Shown here: in pieces, positions 15,401 to 29,700 of the stretch
Numbering within the stretch: position 1 is the first letter of the stretch
How the letters are laid out: each line of letters opens with the position of its first letter
Assembly: GCF_037042905.1 (NCBI RefSeq)
Contig: NC_087245.1
Span: 4,280,001-4,344,000 of the forward strand
Direction: 5' to 3'
Origin: Lytechinus pictus
Lineage: Eukaryota
DNA: 64,000 bases
Notes under the pieces: generated by a model
Told to the model about the DNA's origin: nothing
The model's input: only the letters and a program-made list of their open reading frames with translations
Databases searched by the model: none
Translations under genes and position numbers: made by a program

Positions 15401-18400
15401 ATATGATTTTGAAACCCTACCAAAAGATCTCCCCTAGGATTGGCAAAACAAACACTGCGCAGTGTATCATCAAACCATAATTCACGCACCAAGGTATTGG
15501 TTACATCCCAAATCTGTCACAGAAAGGTAACACCACAATTTAGGAATGAAAAAAAAAAAATTCTGAACACTGCATCAGCTAAATCAGTGATTGGGTAGTT
15601 AATTTGTTCAATGTAAAACATGAATTCTTAATTCTGAATGTAACCATTTACAGGGAAATAGCCAACATGTGACAAATAATATTTTCTGCATTCATATAAT
15701 ATCAATGTTTAAAATACAGTTGTTCATCAGGATAATAATCATTCAAATTTCTCCTCTATTGTTTTTCAACCTACTATAAAATACACATTTTTTTTCCTGT
15801 TTAATATATTTCTTCTTCATCCCATATTACCTTTCCTTTGCAGCCACTTTTTTCTTGGCTCCCTTCTCTCTATCTCATCTCAACTCTCAATCTTTCTATC
15901 ATCTATCTATCTTTACCCTTTCTCATACCCCCACCTCTCCCTCCCTCTCTCTCTCTCTCTCTATTTAGTTAGGAAACGACCCTGTTGGAAATTTTTATAC
16001 TTGTATTTGTATATTTTATACCTGGGGGGTATTTCACAAAGATTTAAGTATGACTTAGAGACGCACTTAAATGCCGACGCGTACATGATATGCAACGCGC
16101 AATCTTATCGATCAATATAGTGCTCGTCCTCTTCTTATAATCTGACCAATAAGATTATGCTTTTCATAACACACGTAATTATATATTTCAGTGCAACTCT
16201 AAGTCATACTTAAACTTTGTGAAACACCCCCCTGGTGAAAAAAAATCAATCAATTATACACATACACACACTAGGTCTTTTATGAATTTACCTTGAGAGC
16301 CCCATCATCGCTGGTTGTAGCAAACAAACCTAAAGATGGACAACTGCATAATGCTGTGATCTGAGAAGAAAAATAAATATAACTTGTACACATGTAAAGT
16401 ATAATGTAATAAATTATTACAACTCATACTACAGTAGGCCTATGTATCAACTAAATTAATTAATTATCACTTTATTAATTTGCAAATTGCCAATCTCATC
16501 TCCATCATCATAATCATCATAATTGTCATCATTGTTGTCATCATTATCATCATCATAACCACCACCATCATCATCATCACAAACACCATTAACATAATAA
16601 TATATTTTGTTACATTGGTATAGAATATTGCTACATGTATCTTCCCTATTACATGTAGGTCTATTATTAAGACAATATCCTGACATTAGTGTAGTAGGTT
16701 TCACGGTACACCATGTATCTTTCTTGGGCAATCTTGACGTTTCGACAAAGGTGTGTTCTTGTCGTCCTCAGGAGGAATCTGCTGAATGTCATAAAGATGG
16801 TAACGTCAACATCTAAAATGCAAATTTGTTCAAAATAGTTTCTAGATATGGTGAATATTTATACATTTGAAGGTTCAGTGCGATTCTCTTTGTTTACTAA
16901 GGATATGTCCTGAGGACAACAAGAACACACTTGTCGAAACGTCGAGATAGGGCGGTCCTTTTCAGGACCAACATTTGCCCAAGAATGCCCAGGTACATGG
17001 TGTACCGTGAAACCTACTACACTATTCTTCTTCGTCATGGAAACCTTCAGAAGTTATATCCTGACATTGTTTCGTTCTTAATCCTTAGCATTCTTATTCT
17101 CCTCCTTCCACTGATTTCTCATCTTAGTCCTTTACCTGTTTGGTGTGATCATGATCTTTAAGATGTTTAAGGGGTTTGATCCCAGGAATCTTATTGGCAG
17201 AGATGTACTGGGCTAGCTGTGATCTTGGTAGGTTCAGTGATGAAAAGCTTTCACCATCATTGTCACATGACAACTCATACATATCCACCACACTGAATTG
17301 AACAAAAATATATAAACAAAGCTTGGATAAAATGGCAATCAATCAGGTAACTTCCCTCAATTTTGAGAAGTATGGTCAAATTTGTAAACAAAATTATAAA
17401 TGTTTCCAGATTATGGTATGGAAATTATGTACTGTTGGAATCCCTTTTGGAATTTCTTTTAATAATCATTATCACATACCGGTAATAACATGGTTTAAAG
17501 AATTTTCCAAGAATAGTACTTCAATGAAAGGAAAAATATGAAAGTAAAGAGTCTCCATAATCGCGTGTACTTTAGGCATGATTAACAAGGAAATGTAGTG
17601 GATCACAAAGCTTCAATATCTTGATAAATAGAAATATGATTAGAGAATTAGGTCTACAATAATTACCGGTATCTATTATAATGGGATTAAAATCATTTCA
17701 TATTTGTGAATGTTGAATGAAAATTGAGCATGGCACTTTACACTACATTCACAAATAAATAAATTACTTCTTCAGTCTTTTATCATTCCCAAGATCCCTT
17801 TACGTAAGAATTGCAAATCACCTATTGTGTTAAAAGTAATATTTGTCAATTCCAGGCTGCAATGAGTGTGGTGAATACAAAATTAGATTAAACTTATCTC
17901 CATGCTACTCACTATGTTGGTAAGACAGTGCACAATATATTGCCTAGCATTGATAAATGGGAAGGAGAAGCGGTGCATGCTATCTAGAAATGAGAAGAAA
18001 CGTGCGTAGGATTCAAAGAAAAGAACAGAAAATAGGGAAAATAATGATAAGCGATGAAAAATAAATTAAACAGATTAGAGTAAAGAGTGAGGAATAGAAT
18101 ATGAAAGATCATACAATGAGACAAATGCGAGGTAGCAGAAGGGGAGAAATGTAAGGAGAGATATAAAGATAGAGATAGAAAGGTGTTGAGGTGCAAGAAA
18201 GATGATAATGTATCAACAAATATAAACTCAAGTGAATGTAGAGAGATATACATAAAGTTATATATAGGGCAGTGATAGAGATTTAAAAAGTGGGTCCCAT
18301 CTTAGAAGACATGCAATTGATCCCATTGATCTATATAAGGGAATTTAGAGACACCATCACCAAGAATAAATATACAAGTCCAAAGTATTATCCAAAGTAT

Positions 18401-20619
18401 CAGGAACAATCGTGCATGCAGTAATACTGTATGTTCCTTTTATTGAATAAGGAGCAGCAAATACACCTCTTTTATGAATTATGGTATCAATGATTTGCCA
18501 TATAAAATTTTGAATTAAGGACTAGTGAATATACCATTTTTGTAAATAAACTTCTTTTATGAATAAAGATATCTATGACAGGTATATTTGATATTCTAAA
18601 TATAGGAAAAGTAAGCCCTTTTACATTTTATGACATTCATTTTTTTTTCCATATTTGAGATCAAAAGATCCATTCCAAATGTAACATATATCCCTTGGAA
18701 TCTCTTGGGATGATAATTACCAGTGACAGTACCATTTTCATCCAATAAATTACCATGGCAACATTCCTGAACAGACAGCCCAGAAAAGTTAATATCAAAA
18801 GCAACAATTTCATCAATGATAAGTTTATGCATGACACCTTGATTATTTAAGTATTTGAGAATACAAGCATTATGACACCAACAAAGCCAAAAAATAAAAG
18901 TTTCACAAAAGAGAGAAAAAAATGACTTCCAGAAAAGAGGTACCGCATGACTTAATAGTAAAACTGAAAAACAATGAAGGTTATTGTAGAGCAAGAATCA
19001 TTTCAGACGAAGAGTTGCTGATCAATAAACCAATGATATCTTGTGATCATTTTATCTCCCGCCAATTGCTCAAGGTTTTAGTTTTTATCGACACTAATGG
19101 GAAAAAAGTTTGCATGTGATGTATGGTTTTTAATATAGGATTGGGATTTTCAGAAAGAGTGATATGGGAAATTTGTTAACATTAGTACATTGTGTATTGC
19201 AGGAACATCTGAAACGCAAGAAGAAGCAATAGGAAATGCAATCAAGGAGTAGACTACAATTACACAAGACAGACTGTGAGAATAAAACATACCACTTTAA
19301 GACAAGAGAGCTTGATAGCCTGAAGAGAGTTACCTATTCCTATCTCCCAGATCTTGACAAGCTGAAAATAAAGATTGATTGATGAAAGAATATAATGATC
19401 ACAGAAAAGGATAAATAATAGACTGATTAGTAGCTTGTGAGAGGTGAGTTGGTATTGCAGTAAAAGATGTTTTACATCTACAATGTTGACATTGATATAT
19501 CCAACATACTAAATGTCATTCTGTCAACCTGATTCACTGCCCCCCCCCCCTCCCCAATAATAAGGCAACTTCCTTGAATTTTCTCTCTCGTGGAACTGAC
19601 TCATGCTGCAAACTTATTTTCATATCATGTTCTTTCATATTTGGTTAAAATTCGAGTCTTGTTTTAAATTGTGTAGATCTGTAGAAATGAATTATGAACC
19701 AAGATTACAATACAGTTTTTGTGGTATGAACTTGTGTGAGTCAAGATACCACTATAAATGATCAGCAAGTTTAGAAACTTTATCATTTCAGACTGCAAAC
19801 AAATATATATATAATACTGATTATCAAATAATGCATTAATAGTTAAGGCATACAATGCTATTATTTCTCTCGGTCACCTGATCAGTCACCTGATGATCAG
19901 CCGTGAATCTTTGGTCATTGGGGTCATACAAAGCACAGAGGATCCTTGGAGAATACAGAAACAACTGTACCTCATATTCAATTTCAAATAAATTCATTTA
20001 TTTTCCACTATTTAATAAAAATTACATCAAAATTGCACAATCACCAATCAACATAGAAATCCTTCACTCTAAATTGATATTGGATAGTCTTATACAATGT
20101 ATATTCATGTGTAGAATTCACAAGAAAGATCTAGTGCTTGGCAGGAAAAGATTCCTTTATCTCACCCTGTCTGAACCACATGAAATAAGCCTGTCTGCAC
20201 TGGCTATATAGTTATCCACCTCTGGTCCATAGACTCCGTGGGAACATTCTAGTGCTAGGACACCCCCTCCATGAGCTTTCAGTGGGTACTTCATAGAGTG
20301 AGATTGACATTCTATCAGTGAGATCTGACCACTAACTAGACCAGCAAAGATGAGGTAATCACTAGTAGGAGTTTCCTCACAGCCATTAGCACAATCCTGG
20401 GAAGGAACACACACACACACAAAAATTAAAGAAGGGAGGAAACAAAACTGCGATGAACATAATTGATATATTACCTGATTTAACCATGAGAAAACCTTAT
20501 ACTAGTAGTTTTCTGCTATTTGATGTTTCTTTCCAAACAAACAAATTCGTAATAAATTTCTTTGCATCGATGTTGTGTTGGAGAAAATCATGATTATCAT
20601 CACCATCACTATCACCATT

Positions 20620-20659
<40 letters not shown>

Positions 20660-20749
20660 CCATCATCACCATCATCCTCACCATCATCCTCATCATCACC
20701 ATCATCATCATCATCATCATCATCCTAATCATCACCATCATCCTCCTCC

Positions 20750-20780
<31 letters not shown>

Positions 20781-23700
20781 CACCATCATCCTCACCATCA
20801 TCACTATCATCACAATTGTCACCATCATTACCATCATCATGATGATGATAATCATTGATAAAACCACCTGGAATTCTATGTAATTCAACTTTCAATGACT
20901 CACAAGGAAGATCATGACAACCCTCTGGTATTATCTTACCAATTTGACTAAGGCAAGACTTATAACCGATTCTTCAGGCATCATGGGTACCAGAAGTTCT
21001 TTAGCCTGACATGGATTGGTTGAACTATCAAAGATTAACACATCACCCATCTCAAGAACAGTGAAGATCAGAGAATTCTTGGGGTCATAGACGATATCAG
21101 TCAGCACCTACAGAAAAAAACACCATTAAGACCAAAACAGACCCTAGAATGGATGTCGTTGGTCGTCGGATGAAAAAAAAACCAAAACAAACACATAGAA
21201 CCTTTAAAATTCTGGTTTAAACTTGCGATTTAATACTACTTGCAGGTGTTTTAAATGAAGAGCTATCTGGGAATATCAACAACTTGTATATGACAAGCCT
21301 GAAATGATTTTTCATCATTTATAATCATATAAGAGAGATGGATGATGGAAGTTACAGCCAAGCCTGTCAGGGCACTGTTTAATGATTATCATTGATCAAC
21401 AATTACAAATTACATTCTCTGGAAATTTCACTGATATGATTGTGAAAAGGCCCTGAAACATAAAGTTCAGAATTACGATTGATCTTTAGACAGACTTCTA
21501 TGATTTATTGTATTGATTATTGATCAATCACTATACCTCAGCCCCACCATAAATCAATAAGCTTTACGTTCCGGCCCCCCCCCCCCCCCCTTTCTCTGAC
21601 TGTGACTATATAACTGTTAGAGAATGTTATCTTCTGACAAGTTGAATGACACAGTATCCATTATCTGTCCTGGATATAGTCCATGAACAAACTTACCTGG
21701 TAAGATGGCATAGGATATATGATGGTAAGCTCTGTCCCTGATACAGCCGATATCAATCGTACACCACCATCCTATTTAAATAAATTACAAAAAAAAACAT
21801 GTAAAGGATATATATTCAAGTTTGGGGTTTTGTCATATTTATGGAAGCAATGACCAAGTACAGAGATGAAATTCATTTTTATGGGGAGAGGGAGTACAAA
21901 CTTTGAAAAATGAAATCCACTTTGAAATTTCTGCTGACGTAAAGACAAAGAAAAAATCAATATAGTAATAGTATATAAAAATAGAATTAAATCAAATATT
22001 AAAAATAAATGTTCATCCCCGAACTCATCAGTAATAATAAAAAGGAATCATACATGTATGTCTAAAAACAGAACATTGAATGAGAACATTTAACTTCAGT
22101 TATTCATCAATTAAAATGTAACAATTATAAATGAATTTTCTTGTTTAAAAAAATGAATAATTTCATATCAAATGTTTACTTATTTCATGAAAGTCTAATA
22201 ATTGAGGATGACCTTTGACATGTGACCCTGGACTCACCTCAGCTGCACATAGTATTCTAGATGGTGAAGAAGGACTGGTAATCCTAGCCAGCTTGTGAAC
22301 GCAAGACCTTACTGGTGTGAATAGATGATGGAACTATGGACAAAAAAAGTATAACCACATGCATTATCAAAACCAAGTAATCCATAGATTTCATAATAAT
22401 GAGATATTGAACATTTACAAAACATTACAAATGAAGCTTTGACAGTTAAAATGGAATGAAAGTGCCATTACATAATCTTTCAAACTTATAGGCCCGTATT
22501 CTGAAGTCGGATTTAACTTAGACCATGGTCTAACTCTGCTAAAATCATGGGGAGCCAAAAATTCAAAAATTTTGTTTTTATTGTATATTAATTATGTTTA
22601 ATATTTTGCTTTCATAATGAAAAAAAAAATACTCTGAAATACTTAATTCATCATTCTCAGACAATTATGAACAATTTGGGTGTCATATGAGTTAATAAAT
22701 TGGATGTGTACTGTAAGGGATTTGTGCCTCAATTGACCCTCCATAGTTAAACCACAACTTTAAACCAAACCAGGGTTTAATTTGAACCTGAGTTCAACAC
22801 ATGGGTCATTGTTTTTATGATTCTGTGCATGTAAATACAGTACTCACCAAATTGAAATTCCACACTTTAATATCATGTGATGTGTAATAGTAAAGTTGAT
22901 TGGAGTTTGCCAATTTCATTCCTAATACTTTCTCCCCTACATTCAATCTATGAGTCTGTGAATAAAAAATAATAAAAGAACAGCATCAATTATAATTGGT
23001 TTTACTATCATTTTATTCCAAAAGATAAGTTACTAAAATGCTATCCATAAAAGGTATTTTCTACCAGACCTGTATAAAAACAAAATTGTTAATTGATCAG
23101 ATAATCATAATCACGAAAGGCACCTAGACATCTTAATGTCCTTTTTAGCATTTTGGGGTTTTATTTCATGAATACCTTTTCAAAACTGCAGTGTGTTGAA
23201 TATTGACTTGCCATTACTTTTATTGTTGTCATTTTTATTCAACAAATTACATATATGTTTAGTTGATACTGTTATTCATTTTTCATTTTTTTCTCCTTAT
23301 TCTAATGAATAGTAATATAAAGGTAACAGCGTGTAACACACAAATTGACAACTGAACAGTCAATGAGTACTAACCAATTCAAAGGTATCCAGCCTCCAGA
23401 TCCGTAATGTTCCATCTTTAGAACTTGATATAAGGAGAGGATCCGCAGGATGAATAACAAGACCTGCAAGACAACAAAAATAATCAATACCAAAAATATA
23501 AGTTTTGTATATTGGATCACCACAATTTTTCTCCACAGGAAAATATAAGTACATGTATGATACAATAATATTCATGTTTGATAAATCCTAAACTAAATAA
23601 TATGTTTCCAGATAATATTTCACTTTGCTTTTCCAAGTTTCACACAAATAATGCATGGGCTCTAGATATTTGGTTTTCAGCTCCGATAATATAAGTGAAA

Positions 23701-26700
23701 TCTTGGTTTTGATAATCAGTTGAGACGCACTGGTATTTGCTAATAAAGCAACTGTTATAGAACATTAGTGCTGATAACCTACATGAAACTGTACAGAGAT
23801 AATGAGATAGCAGTCCAAGGAAATGGTGTCAAAGAAACTTGTGTATGTTTTCTTTTTGTTCAACTTTACAACTTCAAATTTACAGTATGGAGAAAAATTG
23901 CTCTTTCAGATCAGGTTATTTTCTCATGTTTGCTATTTGAAGACAAAATTATTATTTTGGTTATTTTCAGAGAACTTTCTCTGGCGACTTATTATTGGGT
24001 TGGGGGTGGCTGGTCACTAAGTCATTAAGTGCATCAAGACTCTCTTGAGTCAAATGCAAGTTACATTCATTAGTATTATTATTGATATCATCTAAATGGT
24101 AAAGTTTCGAATGAATACAAGAAGGTCTACTTCTGCATATTGCAAGAAAAAGATAACAAAATTGCAGTAAATAAAGGAAATACTTTCAATCATATGAAGT
24201 TAACTGACCAGTAACACTAGCATAGTGGCCAATGAATTGATGGACTTCCTTAAACACCACAGCGTTCCAGACCTTAATAGCCCCGTCCATAGATGCTGTG
24301 ATGCAGTACTCAAGCTTGCGGTAGAAAACAAAACTAAAAGACAAAGGAAATACATGTTCATAAAAGATATCCGGTTTCCTCGTGGAAGTAAAGGATTTTA
24401 CTTTAAGTACCCTGTATTGAATTCCTTTGAAGAAATATGGGGAAGTGATAGAACATGTGGATTTTCATGCAAATGAAAGCATTTGCTTTAAGTTTTCAAA
24501 TAAATGCAGATAATTTCTCAGTTTTCACTGTGTTTGAATACAGTACTGAGGTCTTCGTATTTATTTGTTGAAATACTGTACCTATAAGCTTCGATAGTAG
24601 TTAATGTTGGTGTAAGACAGCACCCTGATGTAATATAACATATATCTACTGTCCTAACAATAATTGATGTCTGCTATTTTGACAATATATTCAGAGTTAT
24701 TGCTGTACCAGGAATTGTGAAATGTTTTTTAACTGACGTTTACACAGTTGTTAGAATGATATCAGAGCAAAGCAATATATCTCTCTCTTTTAAATGATTG
24801 GAGAAAACCTGATTTATGAATTATAAAACACATAACTTGTCTTTGTGGCCTTCTAGTATTATGATACCCATAAAGTAAATGTGAGGGATTATATCAAGAT
24901 TCTAATTTGTTTTCATTAAAGTGAAAGAAACAGATGCTGAAGGTAATCCTATATTGACCTGTATAAAACTTATCATTTCTACTTTTGTGAGGATTCTATG
25001 AATCATGAAACATTCTACGGAATCTTATTGAATCCTTTCTCTATAGAAGTTGTATCAAATTTGAAAGAAGAACATGCAACAGTCATACATGTAGGCTTAC
25101 TCTTAAAATGATATAAAACTAAAAGTGAAAGAGCTAAACTAGATTGATCCTTGACTGCACACACTCAAATGTTATGCCTTCTCCACTGCCAGATTGAAAC
25201 TATATTGCATATTTCATTCTAATATTGTTTAAAAAAGTGTATTTTAAGGTAAATAATGATGACCTCTGTTATCACAAAAATAGGACGAAAGGACGGACAG
25301 AAAACATGCATCCGCCAAAAAAAAATGACATCATTTTAATACAAAAAGGTCATCAAATTTCCATGTCATATTGAAAAACATGTTGGATTAAAGAAAGGAT
25401 TAAGATATTTTTTGTTAATTCAATTCATGGGATGGTATTGAATAAAGAGCACATGAACACTCAGGTGGTTAAGTGGTGTAAAACACTGGTTTAGTAACAC
25501 AGGGGTCATGGGTTCAAATCCCTCAACAGCAGTTATTTCTCATAACAATTGTAAATGCTGTACTGTTTAGAGACATATGATGATATTTGATGTGAAAAAT
25601 GCACTAGTGTTTTGGATACTGCATGATTGTAAGGCATCATAGTGACATACATGTAACCAGTTCAAATTATTATTTCCTTCTTCACATAATTCTACAATTG
25701 ACAGATAAACCATGTGCATTTACCAAGTAAGTGCAGATGCATGCCAATTCTTGATGCAGTAAACCTCGTTGTTTGTGATGTAATTGATGATGTGAATACC
25801 CTCATCACAAAGAGCAAATAATTGATGACGTTTGCGATCAACCCGAACATCTCTAACCCAGTCATCTTCTGTTATCTCACTCTCGATTGGCCGACCTCGA
25901 ACAAGAGGGTCCCGGATCTGCATGCAAGTAACAATCAATTTGAAAGTAACCATGATAATCCCTTTTGTTTTTATTCAAAGCTTTCCAAATAGTCTCTTTT
26001 TTTTGGTTCAGTAATACCTTTCTATATCTAGATGCTTAAACAACCAGGAGCCAACCTTTGATAATTAAAGGACCTGCTTAAGTTGATGAACTAAGAAAAG
26101 TAGATAATAGTTTGCAAACAATGTCCAAAAGACATCACTAATAGTGAACTCAAATAAATTCTAACTATACTTTAACCTAAAAGTTATCAGGCCTTGTTTA
26201 GTATATCATGCAGATCCACACTGAGTCTGAAAGATTGAAAATACTCAAAGATTTTGAGATCTGAATCACAGTTATTAAAAAGTTATCCCAGAAGATCATG
26301 AACTAACCTCCACATGGGTCATCTTCCAAGCTTGTAAAAATCCTCGGCCACCAGTCACAAGTTCATCCATGTCTTCATTATATACCATACTAGAATTTCA
26401 ATCAAAAGTCAATTAAAGATATACATTTTTTATTGCAAAATGACCATATTCGTTCTCGGTATCGTTCAGCAATTTTGTTTTCAATTTTGAAAGAAGGAGA
26501 ACGAAGGAGACAGAACTTTTCCTTTTTTTTGAGGGTCCAGTTTGTGCCTCGATGTCAGGATTCTGTGTCACCACAGACCTTCATAGATCTATACAATCCA
26601 GGTAAGTGCATAATTTTTTTCCCCCTTTTATTTGGGGTGCTATTGCGACCATATTCTACCCCATTTTGGAAAGTACCATCTGCCTAATATTACACTTATC

Positions 26701-29700
26701 ATCTTCATATTGATCATAATCTGAATTTTCTATTCCAATGTCTTATCTTATTTGTTGAAATCACATCTCAATCTTAATAAATAATTTGTGTCTTAAATAT
26801 ATTGAAATCTTTAATCTTATAAGATACCTACCATAGGATAGTTTCTGAGCAGTGTGATTGAGTAAGTTCCATGCAATTATTATTGAGATCGCTGAATACA
26901 TGCAGAGTCACATCAGGGGAATAACCAACAAATACCTGAAGAAATAAATCAATGTACATATGTGATCCATTTACATTCATTTTTTATTTTATAATATTTG
27001 ATATCATAGGAATGAAGGACAGCTGCTTCTTTGCAATACTTTCAGGAATTAATTACTACATTATTTAAATCACTTCCATGAAATATTGCAGATACCTGAA
27101 AAATCTTTGTAAAAATTAGAATTGAAGACAAATATTATACATTCATACTTTTTAGTTTTCTTCTCACAACAAGCATGAAAATGACCATAAAATTCTGAAA
27201 TGACAAACTCAACTACCATACCATCATTACAACTCACCCGATGTTGTGGTACAAATATAATCCTGGACATGAGTGTGTTTATCTTGATTCTAAGGTGATT
27301 GAAGCAAGAAAATAAACATCAATGGCTAGTGTTTAAAGACATGAATAAAATAAATAGCCCAGTCACTTACTTGAAGAACGTATTTAATTCAAGCTTTGGA
27401 TCTCAAATGATGGATGAGTAAATTAATTTTGGCATTTTATGAAGCATATATGATATATTTTCATAGCAAATATAATTCATAATATTGCCAGTGATTAAAA
27501 ACAATCTTGTCAACTTAATGAACTTATAATCCTGAACAAAAAATATAAACAATTTTTTATTTAAGATCTTTATTGATCATTTGTTCCTTTCTCATTTTCT
27601 CAAAAAATGGTCAATAAAATTTCATAATTCCACTCACTTAAACCTTTTTTTTTAAACTCTCAGTTAACAAAAAATAACATTCAATTTATTCTTAAACCAT
27701 GATCACCAACTTTTGTAAATTCTATATTCATATCAAAAACTATTTTAGCAAACTATTAGTTACCATCTCATCAATTTTTTGAGACAGGATTGAAAAGCAA
27801 CATATTAAAAAAAAACTGACCTTTGACATTTGACCTCCTCATCAGGCAAAGTGCTGACAGACCAAAAGTAGACTTCATTGATGACACCAGTGTCTACTTG
27901 AGTTACATATATGTTACCATTGGTGCAATGATAGAACGTCATACATCTGATCACATGACGATGATGAAAGGTTTGGGCCAGCTAAAAATTAGAAGAAATA
28001 AAACTTGGGATCTTAAGAGCTGTGGTTCTAATGTTCAATAGACCATGTATAAATAAATGAATCTTTATTTCAATTTAAATGAAATATTACATACAGCATT
28101 TAAGATTACACTTTCATAACTAGGATCTAAAAGAAGAGGTATTACTATCCCCCACACCTCCCAGATTAAAATCTGTGGACAATAGCCATAATGTTACAAG
28201 TTCTACCTGTTAGACCTACATGCTTGAATGGTAAAAAAAAAAATCATTATTTGCATCAGAGCAGAACATTTTTTTAGCTAAACTACTAGACCAAAACTTC
28301 AGTCTCTCTGTTTTGTCATTTCTTCTACTGGACTATCTTGCTTCATTACATCTTATTTTATACCATTCTGTTTTAAAATGCTAAATAGCATTCTCTATAG
28401 GGGACCAATTCCCCCCACATTTATTATTCATTTTTGCTATTAATACATTTTTCATGGAAAGATAGGTCTATAAATGAGTGAAGTTTTGAAAATAATCAGA
28501 ATCTAGTAATTAACACCATCCCGTAACAAAATAAGAATCAATGTTATTTACATGTTAACTAAACTCTCTTTTTTTTAGGGAAACAATATTACTTAGTCTA
28601 TAGTATGGGGCATCAATCCCTCAAACTGTGAGACGACTAGTCGTGTTGGAGGAGAAACAAAAAAAAAGTTAACAAATATGTTTTTAAAGTCCTCTAGATG
28701 GATTTCAGCTGTCTACTATTAAAAGTTTCAATTAGACCCCTTGCATCTTTTTTTATTCAGAATGGGGGTCAGATGTCCGGACAAATAAGCAGATAAAAAC
28801 ATAATCTTTTGCTCTGGATTTACAGATAATTCTTTACAAATAATTACTTCTAAATATCAATATTTCATTAATCAATTGGAAGTTCCGATTAATGAAATAT
28901 TGATAAAAAAATTCCTGGAATTGCAGTCTTGTTCGGAAATGTAACAACTGGGTACACATTCAGTCAAATGTCATACCATTACCCACTCATTCAATGAACA
29001 AGGTTATGATATAACCTTGTTCTCAGTTATATCTCCATGTGTGGCAAAATAAGGGTGGCAATGTTTGGCTTATTTTCTCTTTTTCTTTGGGACAAATGCT
29101 TGAATTTTTTTACACTGACAGTTTTCATTGCACCTATTCGTAATACAACTTGGCTCTTAAGTAAATTTGATTCTTTAAATTATTTTTTCTTAATTAAAAA
29201 TAGAGATCAAAAAATGAAAATTTTCTTGCCATATTACTTTCCACCAATAGAGGGCGTACACAAAAATATGCCCCAAAATCAAGTTTTTGAGCGCTCTGGT
29301 GAATACAAAAATTATTCCCAAGTTACTAATGAAAAATAAATTGCAACTGTACGGAAATTAGTAATTTTGGTCACAAAAGTGACATTTTAATCATTTTTTA
29401 AAGTGTGTGCTCTGTACAGCATTGGCATGCCATAGTCCAACCTGTAGATTCCCCACAGGCAGGGTGGTTGCAGTGAACAAGTGCCATTACCAAGAGTTAA
29501 AACTTCATTCAGAATGCAGGCCAATTACTTTAAAATTTTGTACCTTGAAAAATGTACTTAAAAAAGGGCTAGGCCAGTAATGTGTATGTATTTGAGTTTT
29601 GTCAGACGTGTATCAATCAGATATAATTATTTACGTCTGGGACCGACCTTTAACGTCACCATTCGAAAGACGTGACCAGGGCTCGAAGCTCGAACCTCTG

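Noticed and set aside
16456..16731. Asp-rich 91-aa ORF
   Set aside because: Made of microsatellite and repeat sequence inside intron 16
20502..20888. Poly-His, poly-Ile and poly-Met ORFs
   Set aside because: Artefacts of an intronic (CAT)n microsatellite; exons 12 and 13 splice in frame around it
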